From an uncultured Clostridia bacterium (GTDB lineage: Bacteria > Bacillota > Clostridia > Christensenellales > UBA1242), in assembly GCA_944349535.1 (NCBI GenBank), contig CALVNA010000001.1:21325-85324 (forward strand): a stretch of 64,000 bases of DNA, in the 5' to 3' direction. Within the stretch, counting starts at the first letter, position 1. Every line of letters begins with the position of its first letter. The translations under genes were made by a program, and so were the position numbers. The notes beneath the pieces were generated by a model that did not search any database, was not told the origin of the DNA, and was given only the letters and a program-made list of their open reading frames with translations. Positions 52,979 to 64,000 of this stretch are shown here, piece by piece.

Positions 52979-55900
52979 ATGTCGTTAAAATCTTTGAAAA
53001 AAATTTCATTTGTTGCTTTGATTATTTTAAGTTTGGGGGCGGTGTTTTTGCTGACTTCCATTTTTAATCTTTCTGCCAAGGCTGGTGGCGACGAAAACCT
53101 GCTTGAGCAGAGCTCGCAAGAAAGCGGCTCATGGGTTGACAACGTTCTCAACGCGGCAAGTATAACCGAAGAGACTCATTACGGTGTCAATTGCATGGTG
53201 ATTGACTCTGCAGAGGATCTTGCTATGGTTGCCTATATGGTCGGACGGGGCTCTGACACCAATTACATAAACGGCAATTTCTATCTTGCCCAAGACATTG
53301 ATCTTGCAGGAAAGATATGGACACCTATCGGAACGACGGCAACTCCTTTCAACGGCAACTTTTTTGGTAATGGCCATACAATTTCAAACATAACTATCGC
53401 ACAAGCATCACAATACACAAGCAGTGATGTTGGTTTGTTTGGTGCGGTGACAGGTTCCATCGCGGACTTAAAGGTTGATGGTAACTTCTCAGTGTCAGCA
53501 GCTGTTGATAACACTTATGATATTGGAGTTCTTGTTGGAGATCTTCAAGGCAATGGTCAAGTTGTCAACTGCATGGATCAAACTCAAACCTTGGGTGCGG
53601 CAACCGAATATTTGTCAATTGCTGCAACTGCAAGCTCTACAAAAGTGATTTATCCGTCAAGCTTGGACGGCATCACTCCATTATTTGAAGAAACGACTGT
53701 TGAAAATATGCAAACTGCATTGTCTTTTGCAGGAGATGCGCAGGTTGGTTATTCAACCTACTTCAACACTGGCGTAACTTTGGACTCTTCTGAAGTTGAA
53801 GGTGTTGGTGCTGGTTTTTATTCCAATGGATTCTATGCTTTGGGAAGCGCCGCAGAATCTCAACAAGTTCGCGCGGCATTCAGCCAAGTGTCAGAAGATG
53901 GATATTCAAATGTTTTAAATGTAACATTTACTGACTTCAGTTCGGAAAATCAAGAGGGTCAAGAGGATGCCAAAACTATTCCTTTATACACAGATCAGCT
54001 TCCGGTGCTGCGTGAAAATGCGAAAGGAAATCAAGTTTATGCTTTAAGATCAGGGTATAAAGCAACAATCGGCACTCCAACACTTTCAAGCGCCGGCATT
54101 GTAACTCTTGCTTGGGAATCAGAACAAATAAGCATCACCTATGATTATGGCTATGGCGGCAGGAAAGCAATTTTTAAGGTTGGATATGACACTCCGTGGA
54201 ATACAATCATTGCAAACAACCCAATTGAAAGGCTGGGGTTTACAAATCAAGCAAGTGTGGAAGCTTATAAACTTTATTCAGATGAAAAGAAAGAGCAACC
54301 TTTAAACACGACAACTCCAGAAACTTATTCTACATATTACGCAACTAATGGCAACACGGTTTATGTGAGTTGGAAAAATGCAAAAAGCAATTTGACAGGC
54401 TCTTTATATTTTGGTGCGGATCAAAATGAAGGCGGAATTTTTGACAACGCAAACGCAAACAGTGCTGTTTCAAACTTTCAAATTTCAGGGGCTACAGCTT
54501 CAAACAGCACTTCAGGAAACAGCTCTAGTTTGTCTGACATGACTGCTGGGCAAGATGTTGTCATTACTTTCAACTTAAATGCGGGTTATGTTTTCCAAGC
54601 TGCAGGCGTGGGAACAAACCTTACAGAACGCTCTGGCTGGGATCAAGTTTCAACTGTAACAACATTGGCTGGCGGAGCTTACACATACTATCCAAATGAA
54701 ACAGGCTTGGATAGCAACTATGTGGTTGCAACAGGTGGATATTTTGATTCTTACACACCAATTTCAATCGCTGTTTCAAATCAAGATAATGCTTACACAA
54801 TCACCATAAGCAACATTGTTGACCTTGGCGGCGAAATTGTGCTGTTGTTTGGCAGAGAAGAAGAAACGATTTCAATTGAAGGCACAGGGCTTGACCATGT
54901 TTCAAATGCTCAACTCACTTTGACAGGAGAGTCTTCTCAAACCACATTGGATTGGGACGCCAAGACAATCACAACCAAAATTGGCGAAGGTTTCAACTTG
55001 GCGATTTCATCAAGTGGTGAATACTACATTCTTTCTCATACAGCAGAAGGCTTTGAAAGTGTTATTTCAGATTCTGCAGCAACAAATGTTGGGGGAAGAG
55101 ACTATTATCAGCAAACAACTTTTGAAGTTTCAAATTTTACGCCAGACATCAACACTCAAGAATTTACTATTCATATTGATGTAAGTATGCTGCTTACATA
55201 TATTACAGTTCAAATTGGAGAAAACGGAACTTTCTATCAAAACAATTCTGTTCCACATAATAAGCAAGTTGCTCTTTCAGTAACTTCTGGGCAAACAGTC
55301 AATGAAAGCGTTTTAAGCAAAGGCACTTTCCAAGTTTCAATGACAAGCGAGACGGTGATTTCATTTGCTCAAAACGGATTCTTCACAATAGCTTCTGTTT
55401 CAGGAGCTGATGCCGAACTTTTAAATGGAAGTATCACTCAAATTTTCTCAACATTCTCGGGCGATCCTAATGCTCCAGCTTACACAATCACTTTCAATCC
55501 AACACAAACTTATTATGATGTGACAATCAATTATACAATTGATGGACAACCTGTTTCTCAAGAGATTGCGCAAAAGTTTGTAAGCTTTGCTGGAAACACA
55601 CAAGACCTTGACTATAACAACTCCGAATCATACACACTGACTCTGGCAGAAGGTGCGGCAACATGGCTTGGATTTAATATTAATATAGTTGGCAGCAACC
55701 TTGGCAGCAACACCTCTGGCTATCAAGCGTCAGTTGTTGGCAGCAGCAGCACAGGGGTTGTCAACGGAGTATTCAGCGGCGGAAGTTATCAATTCTCTTA
55801 TGCTCCAGGAACCTACAATTCAACTCTCACAATCAATTTGACAAGAAAAGAGATTCAAACTAATTTTACAGGTTTGGTTCTTAACAGCGATAACTCAACA

Positions 55901-58900
55901 ATTCCAAACACAAGCACTATTTATGGATCGTTTACATTAAAATATGATGCAAATGGCAATGGGGCTCTTCAAATTGTAAATGGTGGATTCAGTTCAATTC
56001 AAATTGAAAACGGTTACTATCTGCTAGGTTGGTATCTTTCAAACGGCAGCACAATCAACGCGTTCTCAAACACAGATTTGATTGAAAACGATGATTTTCT
56101 TGATTTTGTGAAGGATGCTGCAGATGACGCAAATGGTGCGGCAACACTTACGGTTACTGTCAACCCTCTCGTTGAAAAAAGAACGGTAAATCTTTCTTAT
56201 GCTCATGGTTTGACCAGCACAGAAGGATTGACTGATGTAACAGAAATTTCAGCGCCAACATATGCTTATGGTGACAGTCCAGTTTCTCTAAACACAGAAA
56301 AATACAAATTGATTGGCTATTCTTTCGCACAATGGAGCGCAGAAAATGGGACAATCAACAACAACACTTTCAGTTTAACCGGAAATGCTTGGAATGAGTT
56401 TTGGGAAAATGATGCTGCAAGTGCAGTTCACAGCTGGATGGCTTTTGCCACGGCGGAAGAGAAGTCAAAAGAAATTGTTTTGACTGCGCAGTTCTCTGCT
56501 TTGCAATATACAGTTTCAGTTGACAATCAAACAACGCTTACAATTTCAATAGGGCAGACAATCACTTTTGAAGCTGCTTCAGACGGCTCTTATGCTGTTT
56601 ACACCAACACAACAACAAATCAGCACGTCAATGGCAGCACTCTTGCAGGATACTCGGCTGTTTCGTTTGAAATTTCAGGAAATCTTGGCGGTGAAGCTTC
56701 ACAAAATGGGCTTACAACATTCACGCTTACTTTGGCAAACATCAGAGCTCTTATTGCAGAGGCAAACTATTATCAAACAGCACAGCAAAACGAACTTTCA
56801 ATTTTGACTGAAAGAACTGCGAATGTTTACAAGTTATACATTCAGGCAAATAAATACTACAAAATTTCTTTGCTTGAAGGAACCACTGCTGAGCAGGGCG
56901 GAACTGACCCAACAGGCACATATGTCAATGTAACTTATGGGCAAAACCCAACCAATCTTTCGCAGGTGGTTGTAACAAGAGATGGTTATGACCCTGCAGG
57001 CTTCACTTTGGCTGGGGAGCCTTTTGAAACAGACCAGCCTTACACCTTGACTCAAAATTCAACTCTCACACCTGTTTTTGAAAGAGATGTTGGCAGCACT
57101 TTTTTCAAAGATAAAATTGTTTTGACTGAAACAGAAGCGTTTAAGGCAACAAACGCGGTAACTCAACAGCAATATCAATTCTATATTGATCCTTCATATT
57201 TTGAAGTTTATGAAGATTTTAATATGATCACAACAAACTATGCCGGCAGAACATTCACAAACGGTGATAGAGAAATTGCGGCTCAGTTCTATCTAACAAG
57301 CAAAGTGCCAAGCGATAGCGTGAGTAGAAATCAAAGCGAGCTTTCTTATCAAGACCTCTTAAATTTCTTGCGCAATGAACAATACGCAAAAACTCTCAAC
57401 CTTTCTTATGTTGTTCAAATTGAAGACAGCTTGACTGGCGATACATATTTGTTGACATATACTGTTCACCAGATCAGTTTTGTTCAAAACGAACTTAAAA
57501 TTTCAGGCGCAGCACTGAAATCTTATTACACTGGAACGGCTGATTATGTTGAAGCACCTTCTTCAACTCTTGGCACAATCATCGGTTCAAGATATGACAT
57601 CAACGGAAATGAAAAAACCGAGCAAGACGCTGTTGGTCAAATGATCGACCAAGTTGTTCAAGATGGCGATTATTCAATAAGTTTGATTGATCCTCAAGCG
57701 AAATACAATGTGGGACAAGGTTACGGTTTTAATTTTGCTTTTGATATTTATGGGGATTTTGAAGAATGGTTTACAAATGTGAAAATTGTTGGACTTGATC
57801 CTACAGTAACGCTCTCAAGCGGAGCTGAAATTGTCAAATCAATTGCAACAATCACATTCGATTCTTCTGTGGGGATTTATGTTGAAAATCTAGCTCAAAC
57901 CATCGCACAAAACGTTTCAAATGCAACTTTCAATGTTGCTGGAAATCCAAGTTACCAGTTTACCTACTCATTTGACAGACTCGGCTTGGTGAATAATGAA
58001 GTGGGCACATACACAGGCAAAAATGATCCTGATCAAGACAAGTTCGTTTTCGTCGTTAAAGGTTTTGCAGTTTATAATGGACTGGAAGAAGTTACAACCA
58101 ATTTCGACTGGGCAATTTCAACATCATCAACTTATCAAGTTGTTGGCGGAGAAGGTTTTAACGGTGCAGAATATCGCTTTGAATCAAGATATTTGACTTC
58201 TTCAAATGGAAGCTTGACGGGTCTTTCAGCAGGCTGGGGACAAGAAGGGTTAGAAAACACTTTCACAATTTCAAATGTAAGTTATAATGACGAAATTGTT
58301 TCTCCAAACAACGGTTCAAGCTTTGCATCTCAATACAATCACATCGTTGGCGGGCAGGTTGTTTTCTCAATCATCGGAAACGGCTCTTACACTTTGGTTG
58401 TTGTGGTCAATGAAGATTTGATCGGACAAAATCCTTTGACATTCAATGTTACAGTCAGCAGCCCATTGACTGAAAAACTTGTGCTTTTCAGCTGGCAAAA
58501 CACAGAAACTGTTGACGAAAGCCTGTTTGGTCAGGCTCTTCCAAATTCAATGACATCTTTTGCATACAGCTCATCAGCTCCAACATCAACTTACGCAGTG
58601 TTCACAGACGCTGCCAAGGTGGATGTTGACTTCAACTTAAAGGAACTATCTTCTGAGACGATTTATGTTTCTTCAAGCGATCCTTATCAGCTTAACGATC
58701 CTTCAGATAGCAGTGGAGAACTTGCATTTGGCGGCTATCAAATTTCTGGCAGCGGCATTGCAACCTCTGATGGCGACGGGATTTACACCATTTCACTTGA
58801 CAGGGCTGGTGAAGCTGCAGCTTTAAAGGCTATGTGGAATTTGACTGAAAACGTTGATATTTCAATTATCGAAGGCAAAGAAACAATAACAATTTCGCCT

Positions 58901-61900
58901 TTGGGTGCGGGCGATTCCTTTACAGTAACCGGCATTTTTAAAAAGAATTTGGTTCATGCATCTCTCAGCGGAAATACCAGTTACGGAGAAGGTTTTGAAG
59001 TTTACAAGGTTGAAGATGACGGCGATGTTCAACTTGAAAAAGAATCATTCCCAGCAACAAACGCTCTCTATCCTTACCTTAACGAAGGAGGGTTGCCAAC
59101 CTTTGAAAATGCTGGGCAATATAAAATTGTTGTAACGTATCAATACAACGATACTATTCAAGGGCTTCAAACAAAAACTAAAACGCTTTACTTCAACATA
59201 TCAGTTGTCAAAGATGTTTATGAAATAAATGACATGACCACTGAAAATGCAGACCTGACTTTTGCAAACAGAGCGCTTGATCAAGAGGTTTCTTTCTCTC
59301 TGACAATCACTTGCTATAACGACTCTGAAGGCAAACAGCAAAACGAAATTCCATTAAGCATTTCAGAGTTTGCACAAGCAGGACAAGGCTCTGCTGTTGC
59401 AACTGTTTACTATAACGCAGATCCATCGCAGCAACTTACATGGGAAAATGCTGTTGCAAGCGCTGGATCAATGCCACCTTTCTATATAAAAATTACAACT
59501 CCATATCCAGAAGATTCAAACGGAAATGCATTCTTCAATGCAGGAGAATATAGTGTTCAGTTTGTGCTTTGGAATATCTTTAAAGAGTATGTAACTTTGC
59601 AAGCGGCAGAGTCGGCAAGTCTTACTCAGACCATTGAGATAGATCAATATACTATCAATTTGGCTTCTTACAACGATCAAATTGATCCGGTCAAATTGGT
59701 TGGAACTGAAGATCCAAATCCAATAACTGACACAATCACGATTGCGGAAAATCAAAACGATTCAGTTGTTTTAAGCTTTGATCGGGCTACTGGCGAAACG
59801 GCAGGATTATACCCTCTTTCAAATCCTCAAATTGTCGATGAAATGGACAAAAACAATTATTTTTTAAATGATGAAGGCTTTGACGCAGATTTTGCAATCG
59901 CTGAAAATGCAAAGGGGCGACTTGTCATCACTTTGCCAAATGGACTTCATTTCACATATGACGGGCAGGCGGTTGATGGCTTTGATCTTGTTTATTCAGA
60001 AGGAAAATTCTTGCTGCAAGCATTAAGAAGCATGACTGTTGTTGCATCAACAGAAGTTCAAGTTCGCATTTCTGTTGCCGATGAAGGCAGCTCTTGGCGA
60101 GAATATGAAATTGCAGAAGAAGCGAGAGATGACATTGCAAACACAATTTCTGTTGCTTTTGCAAGAGGGACAAGCGCAACTGATTATCGTGCTAAAGGTT
60201 ATGCGCTTAGCGTAACCTTGACAAATGACGACTTCCAGTCTGTAGGGTTTAGCGAGAGCTCTGACGGCAGCTTCTATATCGACCAAAGACCTCTTACACT
60301 CAAAACTGTTTCAAAAGAGTTTGACGCAACTGCAGACTTTACTGACGACACAACAATTGAGTTTAAAGGAGATGTTAAAGGGCACAGCCTTACAATCAGC
60401 GGAAGTTTTGCTTCGGCTCATGCAGGAGAGCAGTCTCTTAGCGGGCTTTCGATTTCAGGAGATCATAGCCGCAACTACTATATAGAAAATGCTGATTCGT
60501 TCAAAGGCTCCATCACACCTAAGGCTGCAACTAATGTTTCAATAGAGATTGCAAACGCAAGCAATTTGGTTTATGGACAAATTGCTCAAAACACAAACTT
60601 GCAGCAATATCTTGCTGTTTTGGGGCAAATCACTATTACAGTTGACGAGCTTGAATTTGTTTTGACAGATGGTGCAAATGAATTCGTTTCAATTTCAAGT
60701 ATAACGCCAAGCGGCACAGGTATTTATTCAACAGGCTTAAAACTCAAAGCTGGCGGTCAAACTCTTGTGTTTATGCTTTCTTCAAGCGATTTCACTTCGC
60801 TTAACGACACAGATGAAAGCGGAAGAGATTTGGCTGTAACGATCAAAACAAAACAGCTCGATCTTTCAGACACCGTCATCTCAAAAGTATATGATGGAAC
60901 AACCGCTCTGCCTGCCGGCATTGCATGGCAAGGTTTCGACATTGAAATTGGAGATTTAGTTTCAGTTGACCTTGACGGAGAAAATTCATTCTTTGCAAGC
61001 AACTTCGGCAACGACCTTGTTGTTACAGTCGCATTCACAGGTGCGGACAGCAGCAACTACTCGCTTTCTTCAGAGCAAATTTTGGGAGATATCACTCAGG
61101 CAAGCATCATCTTGCAAGTTGATGTAACTGAGAATTTGCCAAACGATGCAGAAGGTGGCTTGCCTGGCTTTGTTGATGGCGAGCAAGAGATCACAAACGC
61201 AACAATTCAGATATCAGTTTCTTATCCTTTTGCTGAAGAAGCAAATTTGGATGATATAATAAATGGCTGGGCAAAACCAGAAAGAGTTGGCTATACTGTT
61301 ACTGGCTATAGCTATAAAACGGCAGAAGGCAGTTTTGTAACGCTCACAGCTGACAACCTTAAGGATTTCCTTGATGCCATTATAGCACAAGATCAAGAAG
61401 CAAAAATTTATCCAAATTGGCAAAGAAGAAGCTTCAATGTTACAATTACAGCTGGGAATATTGCTTCTATATCAGATCCAAGCGATAGCTTAACAGGAGC
61501 CGACGGAGATATCGCAGACGGGCAAGTTGTTTACACAATTCTTTATTATGAAGATTTCAACTTGACATTTAATGCTGATGCTGGTTACAAGATTACAGAG
61601 TTTGTCGTTTCAAGCAACTATGTAAGCAAAACTGAAGGTGAAAAAGGTAGCGACACTTGCACTCTTAATATCACTTCGGTTACTGGCAATCTTTCAATCA
61701 ATGTTATCACCCAGTCAATTGTGATCAACTTTGTTATTGACAAAGCAATTCCTTCAGTTGACGGAGTTGACATTTCTGAAACATCTTCTGCTTGGGAAAG
61801 AAATTCAGTCAACTATGCAGAAATCGGCGATCAGCTCTTGACAGATTTCTTGCCTGAAATTGTGCTGACTGATGGAACTTTCCTTTTGACAGTCTTTGAC

Positions 61901-64000
61901 AACGGCGATCATGACATCACTCTGGAAACAGAAGAAAGAACTTTGAAGCAATATATTGACAGCATTTATCAAGCACTTGACGGCGATAAGACAATCAATT
62001 TGACTGCTCAGTGGCAGGGAGAAAGTTATACAATTCACTTCAATGGCGGTCAAGGGGGACAAATAAGCGAAAACTTTGATGCCACAGCAGTGTTTGGTGG
62101 GCAAATCACTTTGCCTGAAGGCAAATCAACCTTCCCAGTTGCAACAAGAGAAGGCATGATTTACACCTACTATGATGCTCAAGAAGGTGGAAAGCCTTAC
62201 TCAGAATCTTCAACCTTCACAACAATCGATCCAGACAACGATGTTACTTTCTACGCAATTTGGTCAAATGGTGTTTATGACATCACTTTTGAAATTGATG
62301 AGCACCTGACAGTCAGAAAAGATGGTGTGATCGTCAATGAAGAAACTGTTTCTATCAATTATAGCGAAAGTTGGAACTTTGAAATTATTGCAGATGCCGG
62401 CTATCATTTCAATATTGACACAACAAACTTCCACGGACAAGCTTCAGATCCAGTAATTTCTCCATTTACAATCAGCGGGGTTTATGCAGATTCAACATTA
62501 AAATTTGAAGCTGTTGCAAACGATAATGATTTGGTTTTGAGCTATGAAGAAGATCACATTCAAGATGTTTCAATTCAAGTTGACGCACAGCATTATGAAG
62601 AAAGCGATCTTGTTTTCAAGACTGGCACAACAGTCACCATCACATTGACGGCGGCTGCAGGATATGAATTTAATGAGTTAAGCGCGATTCTTTCTGGCAG
62701 CGGCAGAATATCAACCGAGCTCAGCGTTCAAAACACAGTGCTTACAATCACATGGTCTGGCTTTACAGATGACGCATCAATTTCCGTCACTGCACAACCA
62801 AAAACCATCACAATTTCTTGGGATGACCTTTCTGATTATGTAAGCGATCTTTCAATCAACGACCAAAGTGTGCTTGAAAGCGGTTCGTTCAAAACTCAAG
62901 TTGGGCAAACTCTTTCAGTTGTCTTAACTCTCCGATATGGTTATCAAAACGCAGACCTTTCAAGTGAAGGTGCAACTATCGCAATGACAAGTGAAGGGTT
63001 TAATTCAAGCAGAGTTTGGGTCTACAATGCAACGATCACAGATTTTGCTGAAGATTTTACACTCAGCTTGGATGTCGAAAATCGCACATACACTGTCTCT
63101 GTCAGCACAGAGGATTATGGCGAAGAAAACCGCGGCAGCGCAACTGTTTCTCCAGAAGGGGAAAACAACTTGATATTTGGATCTTCCGTTACATTAACAG
63201 CGTCGCCAAGCAGCAATGAATTCAGATTTGTTGGTTGGTATCTTGGACAAGACTTAGTAAGCGAAGACAGCTCTTATGTTGTTTATGCAAATGAAGAAAA
63301 CAGACAACTTCTTGAGAGTGGAAACTTGAACTATCAAGCAAGATTTGATTATAACTCGAAGGAATTTACTTTCTCAAGTGGCAGCCATGGACAGCTTGAA
63401 GTTGAAATTTATGCAAATGGAAATCAAGAGCCAAGCGAAATCTTTGTTGTTGGTGCAGACGCAAGCCAAACTCGCACATTGTTTGTGGGCACAAAAGTTG
63501 TTCTATTATTCCATCCTGACACAGGGTATGAAATCGGACAGTTCATGGCAGGCGAAGCCAATCTGACCGAGCAAATACAAGAAGGTCAATATGAATTTAC
63601 TATTGCTGCTCAAGGCTATACAAACTTTGAAGTAACATATGATCCTTGCGAAGTTTATGTCAACATCAAAACAGCAGTTCAACTCAACTTTGTCAACCAT
63701 GAAGGTTTGACAATGGGCGGCAGAGTATATCTTGCTAGTGAAGCAGGGGATAAGCTGGAGGAAGGTTATTTGACACCAAGCGAAGGCGAACTTGTTCAAG
63801 GCATCAATTATCAAGTGCTTACCTATACTGATGATGTCTTCTATTTGATTGCTGAAGTAAACGCAGGTTACAGCTTCTCACTTTCTGTTCGAGATGGCAG
63901 GGCAACGATTGATCAAGTGACGACAGAAAGTGGCGTTACAATTTATCGAATTTCAAACGCACAAAATCTTTCAACTATTTTGGGAATTTTCAGAGCTGAA
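52979..64000 (+). CDS. Giant secreted surface/adhesin-like protein, N-terminal >=3674 aa in window; 3' end beyond window
   Basis: Absent from the ORF track (no in-window stop). RBS GAAGGAGAAG, ATG 52979, signal MSLKSLKKISFVALIILSLGAVFLLTS. Contains Listeria-Bacteroides-repeat-like units (e.g. YTIHFNGGQGG...TREGMIYTYYD, GYSFAQWS) and MBG-like units (KVYDGTTALPAG, ITPKAATNV). All listed plus-strand ORFs in the span are in another frame. Confidence 0.85.
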   Translation, partial: MSLKSLKKISFVALIILSLGAVFLLTSIFNLSAKAGGDENLLEQSSQESGSWVDNVLNAASITEETHYGVNCMVIDSAEDLAMVAYMVGRGSDTNYINGNFYLAQDIDLAGKIWTPIGTTATPFNGNFFGNGHTISNITIAQASQYTSSDVGLFGAVTGSIADLKVDGNFSVSAAVDNTYDIGVLVGDLQGNGQVVNCMDQTQTLGAATEYLSIAATASSTKVIYPSSLDGITPLFEETTVENMQTALSFAGDAQVGYSTYFNTGVTLDSSEVEGVGAGFYSNGFYALGSAAESQQVRAAFSQVSEDGYSNVLNVTFTDFSSENQEGQEDAKTIPLYTDQLPVLRENAKGNQVYALRSGYKATIGTPTLSSAGIVTLAWESEQISITYDYGYGGRKAIFKVGYDTPWNTIIANNPIERLGFTNQASVEAYKLYSDEKKEQPLNTTTPETYSTYYATNGNTVYVSWKNAKSNLTGSLYFGADQNEGGIFDNANANSAVSNFQISGATASNSTSGNSSSLSDMTAGQDVVITFNLNAGYVFQAAGVGTNLTERSGWDQVSTVTTLAGGAYTYYPNETGLDSNYVVATGGYFDSYTPISIAVSNQDNAYTITISNIVDLGGEIVLLFGREEETISIEGTGLDHVSNAQLTLTGESSQTTLDWDAKTITTKIGEGFNLAISSSGEYYILSHTAEGFESVISDSAATNVGGRDYYQQTTFEVSNFTPDINTQEFTIHIDVSMLLTYITVQIGENGTFYQNNSVPHNKQVALSVTSGQTVNESVLSKGTFQVSMTSETVISFAQNGFFTIASVSGADAELLNGSITQIFSTFSGDPNAPAYTITFNPTQTYYDVTINYTIDGQPVSQEIAQKFVSFAGNTQDLDYNNSESYTLTLAEGAATWLGFNINIVGSNLGSNTSGYQASVVGSSSTGVVNGVFSGGSYQFSYAPGTYNSTLTINLTRKEIQTNFTGLVLNSDNSTIPNTSTIYGSFTLKYDANGNGALQIVNGGFSSIQIENGYYLLGWYLSNGSTINAFSNTDLIENDDFLDFVKDAADDANGAATLTVTVNPLVEKRTVNLSYAHGLTSTEGLTDVTEISAPTYAYGDSPVSLNTEKYKLIGYSFAQWSAENGTINNNTFSLTGNAWNEFWENDAASAVHSWMAFATAEEKSKEIVLTAQFSALQYTVSVDNQTTLTISIGQTITFEAASDGSYAVYTNTTTNQHVNGSTLAGYSAVSFEISGNLGGEASQNGLTTFTLTLANIRALIAEANYYQTAQQNELSILTERTANVYKLYIQANKYYKISLLEGTTAEQGGTDPTGTYVNVTYGQNPTNLSQVVVTRDGYDPAGFTLAGEPFETDQPYTLTQNSTLTPVFERDVGSTFFKDKIVLTETEAFKATNAVTQQQYQFYIDPSYFEVYEDFNMITTNYAGRTFTNGDREIAAQFYLTSKVPSDSVSRNQSELSYQDLLNFLRNEQYAKTLNLSYVVQIEDSLTGDTYLLTYTVHQISFVQNELKISGAALKSYYTGTADYVEAPSSTLGTIIGSRYDINGNEKTEQDAVGQMIDQVVQDGDYSISLIDPQAKYNVGQGYGFNFAFDIYGDFEEWFTNVKIVGLDPTVTLSSGAEIVKSIATITFDSSVGIYVENLAQTIAQNVSNATFNVAGNPSYQFTYSFDRLGLVNNEVGTYTGKNDPDQDKFVFVVKGFAVYNGLEEVTTNFDWAISTSSTYQVVGGEGFNGAEYRFESRYLTSSNGSLTGLSAGWGQEGLENTFTISNVSYNDEIVSPNNGSSFASQYNHIVGGQVVFSIIGNGSYTLVVVVNEDLIGQNPLTFNVTVSSPLTEKLVLFSWQNTETVDESLFGQALPNSMTSFAYSSSAPTSTYAVFTDAAKVDVDFNLKELSSETIYVSSSDPYQLNDPSDSSGELAFGGYQISGSGIATSDGDGIYTISLDRAGEAAALKAMWNLTENVDISIIEGKETITISPLGAGDSFTVTGIFKKNLVHASLSGNTSYGEGFEVYKVEDDGDVQLEKESFPATNALYPYLNEGGLPTFENAGQYKIVVTYQYNDTIQGLQTKTKTLYFNISVVKDVYEINDMTTENADLTFANRALDQEVSFSLTITCYNDSEGKQQNEIPLSISEFAQAGQGSAVATVYYNADPSQQLTWENAVASAGSMPPFYIKITTPYPEDSNGNAFFNAGEYSVQFVLWNIFKEYVTLQAAESASLTQTIEIDQYTINLASYNDQIDPVKLVGTEDPNPITDTITIAENQNDSVVLSFDRATGETAGLYPLSNPQIVDEMDKNNYFLNDEGFDADFAIAENAKGRLVITLPNGLHFTYDGQAVDGFDLVYSEGKFLLQALRSMTVVASTEVQVRISVADEGSSWREYEIAEEARDDIANTISVAFARGTSATDYRAKGYALSVTLTNDDFQSVGFSESSDGSFYIDQRPLTLKTVSKEFDATADFTDDTTIEFKGDVKGHSLTISGSFASAHAGEQSLSGLSISGDHSRNYYIENADSFKGSITPKAATNVSIEIANASNLVYGQIAQNTNLQQYLAVLGQITITVDELEFVLTDGANEFVSISSITPSGTGIYSTGLKLKAGGQTLVFMLSSSDFTSLNDTDESGRDLAVTIKTKQLDLSDTVISKVYDGTTALPAGIAWQGFDIEIGDLVSVDLDGENSFFASNFGNDLVVTVAFTGADSSNYSLSSEQILGDITQASIILQVDVTENLPNDAEGGLPGFVDGEQEITNATIQISVSYPFAEEANLDDIINGWAKPERVGYTVTGYSYKTAEGSFVTLTADNLKDFLDAIIAQDQEAKIYPNWQRRSFNVTITAGNIASISDPSDSLTGADGDIADGQVVYTILYYEDFNLTFNADAGYKITEFVVSSNYVSKTEGEKGSDTCTLNITSVTGNLSINVITQSIVINFVIDKAIPSVDGVDISETSSAWERNSVNYAEIGDQLLTDFLPEIVLTDGTFLLTVFDNGDHDITLETEERTLKQYIDSIYQALDGDKTINLTAQWQGESYTIHFNGGQGGQISENFDATAVFGGQITLPEGKSTFPVATREGMIYTYYDAQEGGKPYSESSTFTTIDPDNDVTFYAIWSNGVYDITFEIDEHLTVRKDGVIVNEETVSINYSESWNFEIIADAGYHFNIDTTNFHGQASDPVISPFTISGVYADSTLKFEAVANDNDLVLSYEEDHIQDVSIQVDAQHYEESDLVFKTGTTVTITLTAAAGYEFNELSAILSGSGRISTELSVQNTVLTITWSGFTDDASISVTAQPKTITISWDDLSDYVSDLSINDQSVLESGSFKTQVGQTLSVVLTLRYGYQNADLSSEGATIAMTSEGFNSSRVWVYNATITDFAEDFTLSLDVENRTYTVSVSTEDYGEENRGSATVSPEGENNLIFGSSVTLTASPSSNEFRFVGWYLGQDLVSEDSSYVVYANEENRQLLESGNLNYQARFDYNSKEFTFSSGSHGQLEVEIYANGNQEPSEIFVVGADASQTRTLFVGTKVVLLFHPDTGYEIGQFMAGEANLTEQIQEGQYEFTIAAQGYTNFEVTYDPCEVYVNIKTAVQLNFVNHEGLTMGGRVYLASEAGDKLEEGYLTPSEGELVQGINYQVLTYTDDVFYLIAEVNAGYSFSLSVRDGRATIDQVTTESGVTIYRISNAQNLSTILGIFRAE

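Overview
AT-rich, standard-genetic-code Firmicutes chromosome segment. It is Clostridia-like: spo0A, spoIIE and a cwlD-type amidase are present. The window spans the replication-origin neighbourhood: mnmG-rsmG-dnaA-[DnaA boxes/AT-rich DUE]-dnaN-dut, then rpmH-rnpA-yidD-yidC-jag, mnmE, rubrerythrin, two perfect parS sites, parB-parA, recF and trpS. Left of this lies a mostly minus-strand housekeeping block: pflB plus a HAD-pflA fusion, spo0A, tilS, spoIIE, DegV, an SDR, a GT4 glycosyltransferase and others. Both window edges carry giant open-ended surface-protein genes that the ORF track omits because they never terminate in-window (1-4942 minus strand; 52979-64000 plus strand). rpmH (44 aa) is also missing from the track. 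The most interesting material is as follows. (1) An accessory islet at 19.97-22.3 kb holds two tandem cassettes. Each is a small His/Trp-rich protein followed by a CPCC-like zinc-ribbon protein, and a third orphan zinc-ribbon paralog follows. Each cassette is headed by a near-identical 80-bp direct repeat, which fits an orphan toxin-tip/immunity array, but no family assignment is possible by eye. (2) A SipW-type signal peptidase with a triple poly-proline tail sits beside two TasA/BsaA-like proteins, one of which overlaps the start of a giant GLUG-repeat adhesin. (3) Spo0A has Glu at the phospho-acceptor position. (4) Four perfect DnaA boxes lie 16 kb from dnaA, in front of an SH3b membrane-protein gene. 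(5) dnaN carries an in-frame TAA at codon 52. (6) A ~137-nt conserved intergenic element occurs in two copies. (7) Degenerate partial tRNA copies lie next to both intact tRNA genes. No CRISPR array, transposase, integrase or rRNA was seen. All functional calls come from reading the translations by eye; no database search was possible.
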